A stretch of 64,000 nt of DNA, taken from assembly GCA_012455605.1 (NCBI GenBank), contig GCA_012455605.1_3618.1; one strand, 5' to 3'. The DNA comes from a phage. This document shows positions 9,640-18,717 of this stretch, one piece after another (the first letter of the stretch is position 1; each line of letters starts with the position of its first letter). The notes below the pieces were generated by a model. That model worked only from the letters and a program-made list of their open reading frames with translations. It did no database searches and was not told the DNA's origin. A program made the position numbers and the translations under genes.

Positions 9640-9960
9640 TCATTCTCCAAAGTCAATCTTTACTTTGCCTTTCCCCTTACCTTTCTTTCCACCGCATTTA
9701 GCCAGCTGACGTGCTGCAACATCTACCATACGGTCAGTTGCCTCGTAAGCATCACTGCCTTTAGCCTTGGCAATAACTTCTTTTCCAGAATTGTCAAAAA
9801 TGAACGCCATAACTTCCTGGTGATCATTTTCAACTTTTACACTCACACGTGCATAGTTAACAGAGGGATGTAAACGCTCCAGCTTGGACATTTTGCGGGA
9901 AATAAAAGATACCATACCTTCTGTGATTTCTACATTGTTGCCAGTGATTTCAATTTGCAT
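9640..9960 (-). CDS. hpf: ribosome hibernation promoting factor / RaiA-family protein
   Basis: N-terminus MQIEITGNNVEITEGM and central SDAYEA...ARQL match the HPF/YfiA family as recalled from E. coli HPF (MQLNITGNNVEITEAL); basic Lys-Gly tail. Confidence 0.75.
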   Translation of the reverse strand: MQIEITGNNVEITEGMVSFISRKMSKLERLHPSVNYARVSVKVENDHQEVMAFIFDNSGKEVIAKAKGSDAYEATDRMVDVAARQLAKCGGKKGKGKGKVKIDFGE

Positions 9961-10009
9961 AACGTGTTCCTTTTAAGGAAGAGGGAATAACTATCTCTCT
10001 TTGAAAACA

Positions 10010-10038
10010 ATGATACTAAATCTGAAGCGTTGTGTCAA
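10010..10038 (-). promoter_or_regulatory. sigma70-like promoter (minus strand, TTGACA-17-TATCAT)
   Basis: reverse complement of plus 10033-10038 is TTGACA and of 10010-10015 is TATCAT; directly upstream of hpf. Confidence 0.5.
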
Positions 10039-10044
10039 CAGTTT

Positions 10045-10335
10045 TTACAGCTTGTTGTCGATAGTTTTTAAAATATCCACAGCAAGATCTGCCATTTTTC
10101 GAACATACTCTGCAAACTCAACAGGATCCTTGATCAAAGAATTCACAGGGTCGTACCCTAGAGCGTTTAAAATGGCTGCAGCATCTACAACCTTCTCATC
10201 ATTTGCGAAGATCTCTCCGTCAAACTTGTAGGTCCATTTTGAGTCAACCTTAGCAGAGCAGGGTTTGTCCATGCTTGTTACACCATCGTCTTTAAACTCT
10301 CCTGCGTTATCAATATTTAGAATTAAATCCATCAT
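10045..10335 (-). CDS. hypothetical protein (96 aa)
   Basis: ORF. Confidence 0.45.
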   Translation of the reverse strand: MMDLILNIDNAGEFKDDGVTSMDKPCSAKVDSKWTYKFDGEIFANDEKVVDAAAILNALGYDPVNSLIKDPVEFAEYVRKMADLAVDILKTIDNKL

Positions 10336-10352
10336 GGTGACACCTCACTGTT

Positions 10353-10751
10353 TCAGTTTAGCTTTTCTTCAACAACCCCATAACTTGGGGCAGAGTCAAG
10401 AGCTTTCTGGTTTAAAAGTGGCGTAGCAGAATCTGCAAACGGTGTCCAAGTTTTTGTTCTGGCATTCCAGTAATGCTTCACTCTGGAGTCTGGATGCACT
10501 ATAACAAAAACTTTTTCACTTGTCAACACATTAATTTCTTCTACACCCTTGCTGATAATTTCTCCGTCATAGCCCCCAGTCTGGTATCCTTCGTACCAGG
10601 TTCTTGCATAGGCATAGCCAGCCTGCCAGCATGCAGCCTCCTCCGAGGTGGAGACTACGTAGAAGTCTTTCTCAAATTCTGGAATACGCCCTTGCTTTAC
10701 GCTCCAAGCCCCGCGAATTTTCATTGTAACTTTAAACAGTTTATTTTTCAC
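10353..10751 (-). CDS. hypothetical protein, paralog family B (132 aa)
   Basis: FVIVHPDSRVKHYWN...TWTPF..ATPL block shared with 8146-8541. Confidence 0.5.
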   Translation of the reverse strand: MKNKLFKVTMKIRGAWSVKQGRIPEFEKDFYVVSTSEEAACWQAGYAYARTWYEGYQTGGYDGEIISKGVEEINVLTSEKVFVIVHPDSRVKHYWNARTKTWTPFADSATPLLNQKALDSAPSYGVVEEKLN

Positions 10752-10763
10752 AACGGTTACCCA

Positions 10764-11018
10764 TCACAGCTCTACAATATCTGCATCTGACCCTACCCCA
10801 AAGGCATAGTAGGACTCTTCCCCGAAATAATATTCAGGTGCACCAGCGGTGATCAGGTCTGATCCCAAGATAAACACCACGTTGTGGCCTACATAACTGT
10901 GATGTTGCCGCACAGGATCATCCCACGGCAACCCTTCAAAGTATACCGCAGGAACGACCTTTCCATTCAGGAAGGATTGTCCCAAGTAGACGTTAGAATC
11001 AAGAATTTTAACCTTCAT
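10764..11018 (-). CDS. hypothetical protein, paralog family A (84 aa)
   Basis: MKVKILD...GSDLITAGA...SDADIVEL pattern shared with 11008-11235 and 14561-14794. Confidence 0.5.
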   Translation of the reverse strand: MKVKILDSNVYLGQSFLNGKVVPAVYFEGLPWDDPVRQHHSYVGHNVVFILGSDLITAGAPEYYFGEESYYAFGVGSDADIVEL

Positions 11019-11235
11019 GATCGTCCTCCACTACCTCTACATCCTCACCTAGGGCAAAGTTATAGGTCCACTGACTGTCAAAGCATTCCTGAGATGCACC
11101 AGCGGCAATAAGATCTGCTCCTTTTATTTTTAAAAGGTCAGGGTAATCTTCGTTAGGGACAGCAGTAAACACTTTTCCTACTAAAGGCTCCTGACCAATA
11201 TAGAAGCTTGAATCTAAAACTTTAACTTTCATCAA
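11008..11235 (-). CDS. hypothetical protein, paralog family A (75 aa)
   Basis: MMKVKVLD...KGADLIAAGA...EDVEVVEDD. Confidence 0.5.
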   Translation of the reverse strand: MMKVKVLDSSFYIGQEPLVGKVFTAVPNEDYPDLLKIKGADLIAAGASQECFDSQWTYNFALGEDVEVVEDDHEG

Positions 11236-11519
11236 CGGTCTCCATCAGGTGGTTGTGGGACGTAAACACTGTTACGAATATCGTCAGCAGTGTAGTAATA
11301 AGTGGTTCCAACCCTGTCTCGGGCTGCAATGTACTCTGCTATACCAATAAGTGCCATTGATTTGGTGGCGTATCTTCCCAACTCGTTAGCTCCCCAGTAG
11401 AATTTAGACCAGTAGGGAATAAGACCGAACAAATATACCTTTTGACGAACTTCCCAGTAAGTGCCTTTTCCGACAAGTTTAAACTCTACTTCACTACTGT
11501 TAATCTTTTTCATTATCAA
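11232..11519 (-). CDS. hypothetical protein (95 aa)
   Basis: ORF with 4 nt overlap. Confidence 0.4.
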   Translation of the reverse strand: MIMKKINSSEVEFKLVGKGTYWEVRQKVYLFGLIPYWSKFYWGANELGRYATKSMALIGIAEYIAARDRVGTTYYYTADDIRNSVYVPQPPDGDR

Positions 11520-11812
11520 TCTCCCTCTACCGTGGTCGGATTGTCAGTAAGAAATTGAGCATTGGCTGGAGGCACGCCTGACATTTTCCACACAACCATA
11601 AGTTTGTAACCAGGCACTCTATTAAGTGCAGATCGAGTAGAGTTTGTGCACGTATACTTTCGCTTTCCAAACCCGTTCTCCATCATAATCCAGTACCCAG
11701 TATCTTTGTCACCAGGTATCGGTAGACCACCTTCATCAACCCACTGAATGGACCACGGCACGATGGCTACAGCTTTATATTTAAACTTTTTAAACCACTC
11801 AAAAAGTTTCAT
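11516..11812 (-). CDS. hypothetical protein (98 aa)
   Basis: ORF. Confidence 0.4.
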   Translation of the reverse strand: MKLFEWFKKFKYKAVAIVPWSIQWVDEGGLPIPGDKDTGYWIMMENGFGKRKYTCTNSTRSALNRVPGYKLMVVWKMSGVPPANAQFLTDNPTTVEGD

Positions 11813-11997
11813 AATTCAGCCTCGCTTGGCAACTCTTCTACCTTAACATGCCGAAAAGTGTTACCGTAATGGTTGATCCATGACATCAGCTCGCTTTCTT
11901 GCTCTTCCTCTGGGATGAACTCTCGAATGCTGACAAGTTTTAAGAAAACCCAATCACAATCTGCACCCATTCTACCAGACAGGCAATAGTGCTTCAT
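11809..11997 (-). CDS. hypothetical protein (62 aa)
   Basis: ORF. Confidence 0.35.
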   Translation of the reverse strand: MKHYCLSGRMGADCDWVFLKLVSIREFIPEEEQESELMSWINHYGNTFRHVKVEELPSEAEL

Positions 11998-12015
11998 AAA
12001 ACCCTCCTGCCTGGT

Positions 12016-12210
12016 TTAGAATATTGCTTCTTCCATTGCGCCTGAGAGCAACAAAGAGGTGATCTGGCTAACATTCATCTCAGACTCTACTTCCTCCCCT
12101 TTGAAAGGTTCGCGGCAGAATAGGACTGTTTCAGGACTTTTACTTCGAACAATATAATACAAATCATTCAATGTGTTGTAGTAATAAGTGTTAAAACGTA
12201 AGTTTTTCAT
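12016..12210 (-). CDS. hypothetical protein (64 aa)
   Basis: ORF. Confidence 0.35.
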   Translation of the reverse strand: MKNLRFNTYYYNTLNDLYYIVRSKSPETVLFCREPFKGEEVESEMNVSQITSLLLSGAMEEAIF

Positions 12211-12494
12211 TTTCTAGTCCTCTTCTTAGATTTTTGGGGAGAAACGCTTTCTGCAATACGAGACAGACGTTCTTCTGAAGCCTTACCTACTCCAGGTTTT
12301 TTAAGTGGATTATCTTTATGACCACAATCCAACTGGATATTGGATACCTCTCCAACTTTGTAAGTCAATTCTAGTAAAAGGTTGTCGTCCTTGTCAAATG
12401 TTTTTACGATAAATTTTTTATCGTTCTCCTGAACTTCATATCTGGTACCTGCAGTATACAGCATGGTGCCATCAGCATAGGATATCCAGATCAT
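12207..12494 (-). CDS. hypothetical protein (95 aa, basic C-terminus)
   Basis: ORF. Confidence 0.4.
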   Translation of the reverse strand: MIWISYADGTMLYTAGTRYEVQENDKKFIVKTFDKDDNLLLELTYKVGEVSNIQLDCGHKDNPLKKPGVGKASEERLSRIAESVSPQKSKKRTRK

Positions 12495-12838
12495 TGAGCC
12501 TCCTTTTGCTGCAACAGCATTAACTCTTTGTTAGAGATCTTTACTGCTGTTTTTATTGTTCCATCTTCACGAAACCACGACCAGAACTCTACAGTGTCAC
12601 CACTATCAAGTAAAGCATGCCCATGGTAAAAATCTTTGTCCTTAGACAGTTTCTCATCTATATCTGCATCAACACATTCGTGATCCATAGCATTTTGCCT
12701 GAACGCATCGGTTATGCCAATGCACGCCTTGCTCTCAAGACTGGTATATCCGATATCTTTTAATTCAGTTTCCCAAGTCCAGTACCCTATAAAAGCTAAA
12801 ACAGCTACCCACAGTAATAACGTTTTAATCTTTGGCAT
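12491..12838 (-). CDS. hypothetical membrane-anchored or secreted protein (115 aa)
   Basis: N-terminal hydrophobic segment LLLWVAVLAFIGYW. Confidence 0.4.
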   Translation of the reverse strand: MPKIKTLLLWVAVLAFIGYWTWETELKDIGYTSLESKACIGITDAFRQNAMDHECVDADIDEKLSKDKDFYHGHALLDSGDTVEFWSWFREDGTIKTAVKISNKELMLLQQKEAQ

Positions 12839-12900
12839 TCTCTCTACCTCTCTCTTAGTTTATTTCACTATGGCACATCCTTTGTGCCATATCTCAACTA

Positions 12901-13371
12901 CTACTTAAATAGTAGTTCAAAATAGTGCAAAATTAACAGAAGTTGAACTACACCTAGTGCAACGGCGAGTATGTTAATCTTAGAATCGAAAAACTTCTTA
13001 ACTTTTACTCTAAAAGGTTCCTTAATGTCCTTTACGATCCTATCTATAGATGACCTCATATCTCTGATTACCATCCTGAACATTAAAGACGGATGCTCCC
13101 CCATCTCTGTAACGGAATCGAAAACATACTCTCTTCGGTCATAAGGGCCGCCAGCTCTGCGTATTAACCTCTCCACAGAGACCTCGAACGTCACACCTGT
13201 AACGTAATCATCTATAACAAGTCGTGACGGGTCTTTACCTTTACTATCAAGAGGTATCAAAGTTATCTTTCCAGATTTTGTTAAAATTTCCCCTTTTTCA
13301 AGCAAGGTGTACCAATGCTCTCTGCCAAGACTGTTGAGGCACGTTTTTACATATTTAACAAACATCGTCAC
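12901..13371 (-). CDS. hypothetical protein with C-terminal TM anchor (156 aa)
   Basis: C-terminal ILAVALGVVQLLLILHYF. Confidence 0.4.
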   Translation of the reverse strand: MTMFVKYVKTCLNSLGREHWYTLLEKGEILTKSGKITLIPLDSKGKDPSRLVIDDYVTGVTFEVSVERLIRRAGGPYDRREYVFDSVTEMGEHPSLMFRMVIRDMRSSIDRIVKDIKEPFRVKVKKFFDSKINILAVALGVVQLLLILHYFELLFK

Positions 13372-13571
13372 CCCTCATCGCACGTCTGATATAACCACTC
13401 TATAAAATCTTGATACCATTCGCCCTCTGAGCGCTCCGTAGGCCAATAATCTTCACCCTCTCGTGCATTAAAATCTGAGTATTCAACTTTCCACTCCTTT
13501 ACCAGCTCGTGGAGAAGGTTTTCAGCCTGCTCTAAAGATTTATTTTTTACCATTGCTGTCTCCTTTTTCAA
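13368..13571 (-). CDS. hypothetical protein (67 aa)
   Basis: ORF. Confidence 0.4.
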   Translation of the reverse strand: MKKETAMVKNKSLEQAENLLHELVKEWKVEYSDFNAREGEDYWPTERSEGEWYQDFIEWLYQTCDEG

Positions 13572-13772
13572 GATAGTTATACATCAGAACTGCACCACCT
13601 AAGATGGCTACCAGTAACAATATCCCAGATAGCATCTCAATAAACATGGCTTGAAACACTGGAAGGTCTCCCTAAATTAACGCACCATTTTAAATACATG
13701 CTCTTTTCCCATAAAGGTGCCTGGCTAAGATCTGCGTAGAACGCAATCTCTTTAAGAACAGTATAGATAGTT

Positions 13773-14000
13773 TTAGGTGCGGTCTCCATCCCTACTCTCC
13801 TTCCTGATATTCTTGTAGTAATCAACTAGGCACATTATTACGATGAAGATAACAACAGGCCAAAAAGGTGCAGCAGTGATGATGGTGATAAAATCATCAA
13901 ACTTCACCCTTCGTCTGGACACGATGCATACACCTGTCAAGAATACCGCTGTTATAACGGATATTACCAGGTAACCTATTAACACAACATTTATACTCAT
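13773..14000 (-). CDS. hypothetical small membrane protein (75 aa, two predicted TM segments); possible holin-like
   Basis: two hydrophobic stretches and a charged C-terminus; holin assignment is speculative. Confidence 0.35.
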   Translation of the reverse strand: MSINVVLIGYLVISVITAVFLTGVCIVSRRRVKFDDFITIITAAPFWPVVIFIVIMCLVDYYKNIRKESRDGDRT

Positions 14001-14030
14001 TAGCCTTCCCTTTATAGGTTAAATTGTATA

Positions 14031-14564
14031 CTACAGATGGTTGCTTATGGTGTCAAGAAAAGTATCCCGTTCTTTCTTGGAGTTTTCACAGGTGTAGCTG
14101 AAAAACATATCTAGAATAACCTTATTGATATATTCCAGCTCCTCCGTGTTCAGGTACTTAGCAGGATCTACAATGACATCCCAAGTCTCATACAGACCGC
14201 ACTCATGATACCCCCAACGCTGCTCAATTGTCAAGCTGAGCGGCAAATCTTTACCGTCACAAACAACCTTCCATCTACAAATGCTGGTATCTGGGCGCAA
14301 CTGTGTACGGTATACCTGTACAAAATCCAATCTGAATTTGAGGTACTCGTCATACAATTTAAGCACAAAGCTCTCAATTTGTGGAGACACTTTTGCAGCA
14401 AACTGTGCGTATTTATACTTGCACTGGATGATCTTTCTGCGTTTCGCAGTTAAATTTTTTGCAGCCAGTTGTTCTTCAGTATATCTCCATCTACGATCAA
14501 CAAACGCAACAGGGTCTTTGTCCCCATAGAGGTCTTCCCAGTTAATAAGAAGCATACCTGTCAC
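14031..14564 (-). CDS. hypothetical protein (177 aa)
   Basis: ORF. Confidence 0.45.
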   Translation of the reverse strand: MTGMLLINWEDLYGDKDPVAFVDRRWRYTEEQLAAKNLTAKRRKIIQCKYKYAQFAAKVSPQIESFVLKLYDEYLKFRLDFVQVYRTQLRPDTSICRWKVVCDGKDLPLSLTIEQRWGYHECGLYETWDVIVDPAKYLNTEELEYINKVILDMFFSYTCENSKKERDTFLDTISNHL

Positions 14565-14794
14565 TCCTCCACAACTTCAAGGCCTTTGCCGCCTCGTTCT
14601 GGTAGATTACTTAAAGATAGGTAATATGTATAGTCAGGAGAGATCCTGCCAGACTCTGCACCTGCAGCTAATAAATCTTTTCCCTTAACCATGACAACAT
14701 TATCGTTTGCAGATAGCCGTTTTGCTTCCACAATTTTACCAATGCAGTCAACCAAAGAAGGGTACCCTAAATCTGTAAGAAATTTAACTTTCAT
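14561..14794 (-). CDS. hypothetical protein, paralog family A (77 aa)
   Basis: MKVKFLTD...KGKDLLAAGA...LEVVEE. Confidence 0.5.
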   Translation of the reverse strand: MKVKFLTDLGYPSLVDCIGKIVEAKRLSANDNVVMVKGKDLLAAGAESGRISPDYTYYLSLSNLPERGGKGLEVVEE

Positions 14795-14833
14795 GCTACC
14801 TCCTACTTCTACCGTCCCTGGTAAGATAAATTA

Positions 14834-15232
14834 TTACTGAACAGAGCGCGGAGCCGGGAAGGATAACTCTTCTAAAGAGAAGATTTCATTTCCCACAATC
14901 CATGTTGCCGGATCATCCGGGTTGACTGGATAGATAATCATCACCTCGTCCGTGCTACATACCCGCTTTTTACCTGTAGAGTTATCAGCAACTAGCATAC
15001 GAGGCTCTTCAGAGATACACAGGTATCCGCCACGTCCAACTGTCCCTTCTACAGGGTCCTGGCCTTTTATTACGATGATTATCTTCTCTCCTGAGACGAT
15101 ATTACCTTGCACACTAACAGTTTGACCAACTTTAGATGTGCCGAACTTGGTGGTTTCAAACATTAAATCTCGAATTACTGTTGCATAGTCTCCAGACACT
15201 TTCTTACCTTCTTTAGTGATCTCAATCTTCAT
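14834..15232 (-). CDS. hypothetical protein (132 aa)
   Basis: ORF. Confidence 0.45.
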   Translation of the reverse strand: MKIEITKEGKKVSGDYATVIRDLMFETTKFGTSKVGQTVSVQGNIVSGEKIIIVIKGQDPVEGTVGRGGYLCISEEPRMLVADNSTGKKRVCSTDEVMIIYPVNPDDPATWIVGNEIFSLEELSFPAPRSVQ

Positions 15233-15504
15233 ACACTGGGCTCCTTAAATGAATCTATATAGTCAATTAAATCCCAAGCATCCCTATGGCCTGTCATAGG
15301 GTATACTTCTCCGAGAGGGATCATAGCAATAAGTCTATCAAAAACCCAGTCTGGACGCAACATTTTATGGTGATATTCCCACTCACCTTCCACAGATTTT
15401 TTCTGAGTGATCAGGATCTCTGTGTAGTGTTTCGCCTGTCTTGAGTAGATTGAAAATGACTTGTACATAAATGACCCCCTCTTGTTGAAAACAACAATAC
15501 ACAA
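15229..15504 (-). CDS. hypothetical protein (91 aa)
   Basis: ORF. Confidence 0.4.
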   Translation of the reverse strand: MCIVVFNKRGSFMYKSFSIYSRQAKHYTEILITQKKSVEGEWEYHHKMLRPDWVFDRLIAMIPLGEVYPMTGHRDAWDLIDYIDSFKEPSV

Positions 15505-15858
15505 CTACCAGGTTACTGTCAAGTAGGCAACCGTATTATTTTTCTCTGGGGAGATGCCAACAACATCTACCTGCAGACCTCCTGCCCTTAAATCTCCAAC
15601 AATGTGCGGGAAGTAATCTGAGAGATGCGAGGGTAGATTTATCGAAAATCCGCACCCCAGAAAGCCTGCTAACGCTTTATTTTGTATCTCCCCCACAATC
15701 GCATCATAAATGGAGTTAAGCTCGTCAGGAAGCGTTACAGGACGTTTTAGCGCTAACTGGTGTAATTTGTCCTTAGCACTCATTTTCATTTCAGGTCTAC
15801 CTCTGGAGGTGCCAACCACATAAATGGCGGCAGGTCTAAACGGTTCTTCTTGTCCCAC
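15505..15858 (-). CDS. hypothetical protein
   Basis: ORF; start uncertain, overlaps the downstream methyltransferase ORF. Confidence 0.35.
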   Translation of the reverse strand: MGQEEPFRPAAIYVVGTSRGRPEMKMSAKDKLHQLALKRPVTLPDELNSIYDAIVGEIQNKALAGFLGCGFSINLPSHLSDYFPHIVGDLRAGGLQVDVVGISPEKNNTVAYLTVTW

Positions 15859-16319
15859 ACAAAATATGCATATGCTTGCCCGTCAGTTCTGCCATTCGAT
15901 TGGAATGATGGACGCTTAGATATTGTGATCACAGTGGTAGGTGCATTATCAAGCCACCATTCAAATCTGGCTTTGCTTTCCAAAAAATTAAGACGCAAAA
16001 GCATAATAACTACGTCAGCATCTTTCAACGCCTTGTCTACAAACTCACGAGCCAGGCTGTACGGTGGGTTGGTGATAATACAGTCAACATGGTTGTATTC
16101 TGTATTCAGATAGTCAACACCTTCTTGGATTTCTCCCCATGCAGATCCTAACGGCATACGGGAGTAGAACACACCTGAGGCGCTATTCCTGCAAGGCTCT
16201 AGGTAGGTCCAGTCTTCTGGGAACGGAATAAGGTCATACAGCCCTTCTGCACACCACTCCGGTGTCACATACTCATCGTAGGCGTTACGTTGTTCATCAG
16301 GTTTTCTAGCACAAGTCAT
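15786..16319 (-). CDS. DNA N6-adenine methyltransferase
   Basis: ITNPPYS (NPPY catalytic motif) plus LEPCRNSASG SAM-binding-like motif. Confidence 0.65.
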   Translation of the reverse strand: MTCARKPDEQRNAYDEYVTPEWCAEGLYDLIPFPEDWTYLEPCRNSASGVFYSRMPLGSAWGEIQEGVDYLNTEYNHVDCIITNPPYSLAREFVDKALKDADVVIMLLRLNFLESKARFEWWLDNAPTTVITISKRPSFQSNGRTDGQAYAYFVWDKKNRLDLPPFMWLAPPEVDLK

Positions 16320-16332
16320 GCAAATCTCCAGA

Positions 16333-16360
16333 TCATAAAAGCCCTCCGAAGAGGGCTTTA
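16333..16360 (-). terminator. rho-independent terminator (minus strand)
   Basis: AAAGCCCTC-ttcg-GAGGGCTTT hairpin followed by T-run, after the 16371 stop. Confidence 0.55.
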
Positions 16361-16370
16361 GAATTAATGT

Positions 16371-17420
16371 TTAAGCTTCTTCGACAATTCCTGCACCCAG
16401 GATTTTTTCATTGAGCTCTTTTGCTGTTTTAATAATATTGTCCACCAGACGCTTGCGGGTCTTATCTTTAACCTGAACTTCTTCACCTCCGTTCAGGGTG
16501 GTTTTCAATTGGGACAAAATGTCCTGAAGCTCTACCACAGAGAACCGCTGCAGATCTTCCGAGGTAATCTCACCCAGTGCAATCTTAATGGTCTCACCGC
16601 TCTCCATCTGCAGATTCAGGAACACAGTGTGAACATCACCTTTCATACCATTTGCTTTTGCAGACTCAACAGCATGAACCAGCTCGTCCAGAGATGTGCA
16701 TTGGTGAATCTCTGGCAGGCCTGCTTCACCTAGCACGCCTTCTTCATCACTTTTTGCCAAAAGCTTTTTCGGTTTCTGTCCATTCTGAATGCGCTGAATG
16801 TTTTCATCGTCCAGAATAATAGCACCAGTTCGAGATGCCAGCTCTTCCCCATCTAACCACACTTCGCCGCCAGCTGTGATGGATGCGATCTCATCTTCTG
16901 TTAGCACTCCACCGTAGTATTTTTCGATCAGGCGTTCAAAACGTTTCTTCCAGTAGTTGACCTGGGTATTCATGTTCACACCGTTACCATAGGTGCCACC
17001 TTGATAGTAGTGGAACATAAATTCTGTGTCCGGAGCCACAGTTCGTTCTTTGCAACCCAGCCATAAGATTGTTCCTGCCGAGCAGCACATCCCTTCAGCG
17101 TGTACAACAACGCTTGCCTGAGACTCGCGGAATGCCTGCAAATACGCCATAGCGATGTGAACGCAACCACCAGGACTGTTAATAATCACCCGAATGCTTT
17201 CTTCCGGCTGAGCCATACGGATCGTCTGCAGACGAGACATATGATCTTGTAAGTCTTCCAAATCGTCGATATAAAGAACGTGGTCAACAACAGGTGTTGG
17301 GTAGCTGTATGTTTCCATAATACCACCCGGCATACCGAACATTTTATTACTCATAGGTTCGAAACCGTTCTGTTTTTCTTTCGTGCCGTGTACCATGGTG
17401 CTGCGATGTGTTAAATTCAT
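16371..17420 (-). CDS. ClpP-family serine peptidase with long C-terminal extension
   Basis: VIINSPGG, MCCSAG and FMFHY resemble the ClpP Ser/His motifs; about 150 aa charged C-terminal domain. Confidence 0.6.
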   Translation of the reverse strand: MNLTHRSTMVHGTKEKQNGFEPMSNKMFGMPGGIMETYSYPTPVVDHVLYIDDLEDLQDHMSRLQTIRMAQPEESIRVIINSPGGCVHIAMAYLQAFRESQASVVVHAEGMCCSAGTILWLGCKERTVAPDTEFMFHYYQGGTYGNGVNMNTQVNYWKKRFERLIEKYYGGVLTEDEIASITAGGEVWLDGEELASRTGAIILDDENIQRIQNGQKPKKLLAKSDEEGVLGEAGLPEIHQCTSLDELVHAVESAKANGMKGDVHTVFLNLQMESGETIKIALGEITSEDLQRFSVVELQDILSQLKTTLNGGEEVQVKDKTRKRLVDNIIKTAKELNEKILGAGIVEEA

Positions 17421-17480
17421 GAGAAATCCTTAATATTGGAAGTTGAAAGCTGTTTATTTAAACCTGATTCACATTTACCT

Positions 17481-17792
17481 TTATTTAGCAATCACTATGG
17501 AATACTTACGATTGTCAGAAGCATCACAGCTCAGTGATTGCCAGTCTACCACATACCACGTATCATTGTCAACAATTACTTTATCGCCTGTTCTGTAGCA
17601 GGTGCTGCTTTCAATAATCCGAGACTCGATAAAGAATCTGTGTCGGCGCTCACGTAGCAACGCTAAGTTGATTATATTACCACCACTGTCCTTGATCCAT
17701 ACATTCTTGGATCCTTTATATGCCAGAATTGTCTCGCCGTTATAGACAAACAGGCAGTATATTTTATTCAGTTTCTCTTGTACTGTAGCCAT
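17481..17792 (-). CDS. hypothetical protein (103 aa)
   Basis: ORF with RBS ggagaaggagatagtATG and an upstream promoter. Confidence 0.45.
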   Translation of the reverse strand: MATVQEKLNKIYCLFVYNGETILAYKGSKNVWIKDSGGNIINLALLRERRHRFFIESRIIESSTCYRTGDKVIVDNDTWYVVDWQSLSCDASDNRKYSIVIAK

Positions 17793-17817
17793 ACTATCTC
17801 CTTCTCCTTGTCCGATA

Positions 17818-17846
17818 ATAATATCTAAAGCTTACCTGTTTGTCAA
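17818..17846 (-). promoter_or_regulatory. sigma70-like promoter (minus strand, TTGACA-17-TATTAT)
   Basis: reverse complement of plus 17841-17846 is TTGACA and of 17818-17823 is TATTAT. Confidence 0.5.
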
Positions 17847-17890
17847 CAAATGTTTTAGATATCTAAGGGTGGAATAACCACCCTTCTGTG

Positions 17891-18679
17891 TTACTCGGAA
17901 ACAGGGGTCCAAATATGATTTGCACGATCCTCAATAAGATTGAGTGCAATCTGACGACCCAATCCGGAACGAACGACATCGTCTGGACTATCAAAGCTGA
18001 TCATTCCAACCTCAGGATCTGGATGACGAGTAAAGAAATCCGTCACCCATGCAAGTCCAGATTTACCAGGGATGTCACGTTGGCTATTATCGCCCATGAT
18101 TACAAGGGTGGCCTGATCAGAGATCCTTGTGATAATTGACAACATTTCTTCAGGGTTAGTTTGCTGTGCCTCGTCAATCAGGACAAAGCATCGCTCATCG
18201 AAACTACGACCACGAATGCTTTCAACCTCACAAATCTCGATACGGCTGTTCTGACCATCTCCCAGCATTGCGGCAAAAGCACCTTTGCCAACACGACGAC
18301 AAATAGTGTCCATCATGCTTCGAAGATAAGGCCACAGTTTCTGCATTGCATTACCGGGTTTAAATCCTGAAGTCTTTCCTGTCTGAACGTAAGGACGTGC
18401 AACAATGATCTTATCAATCTCGTTCTTACGCAGAAGATCACCTGCATATGCAGATGCCATGAATGTCTTACCGGATCCAAACACACCGTTTACAATAATA
18501 ATCTTACGTGACCCTAGATAATCAAGATACTTTTGCTGCTTCTTATTCATTGGTCGGAGAGCTGGAGCGGTGTGCTCTCGTTCGTCAGCAAATTTCTCAG
18601 CAGCCTTACGCAGGCGATCAGATTTGCGAGCCTCTCTAGCTTCATCACGCATGCGTTTTGTTTCTTTAGCTCGACCCAT
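17891..18679 (-). CDS. phoH: PhoH-like ATPase
   Basis: Walker A GVFGSGKTF, Walker B CFVLIDEAQ and overall PhoH layout. Confidence 0.8.
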   Translation of the reverse strand: MGRAKETKRMRDEAREARKSDRLRKAAEKFADEREHTAPALRPMNKKQQKYLDYLGSRKIIIVNGVFGSGKTFMASAYAGDLLRKNEIDKIIVARPYVQTGKTSGFKPGNAMQKLWPYLRSMMDTICRRVGKGAFAAMLGDGQNSRIEICEVESIRGRSFDERCFVLIDEAQQTNPEEMLSIITRISDQATLVIMGDNSQRDIPGKSGLAWVTDFFTRHPDPEVGMISFDSPDDVVRSGLGRQIALNLIEDRANHIWTPVSE

Positions 18680-18717
18680 GTTGGGACTCCTTTCAGATTG
18701 AGATGTGCCAAGTACTT

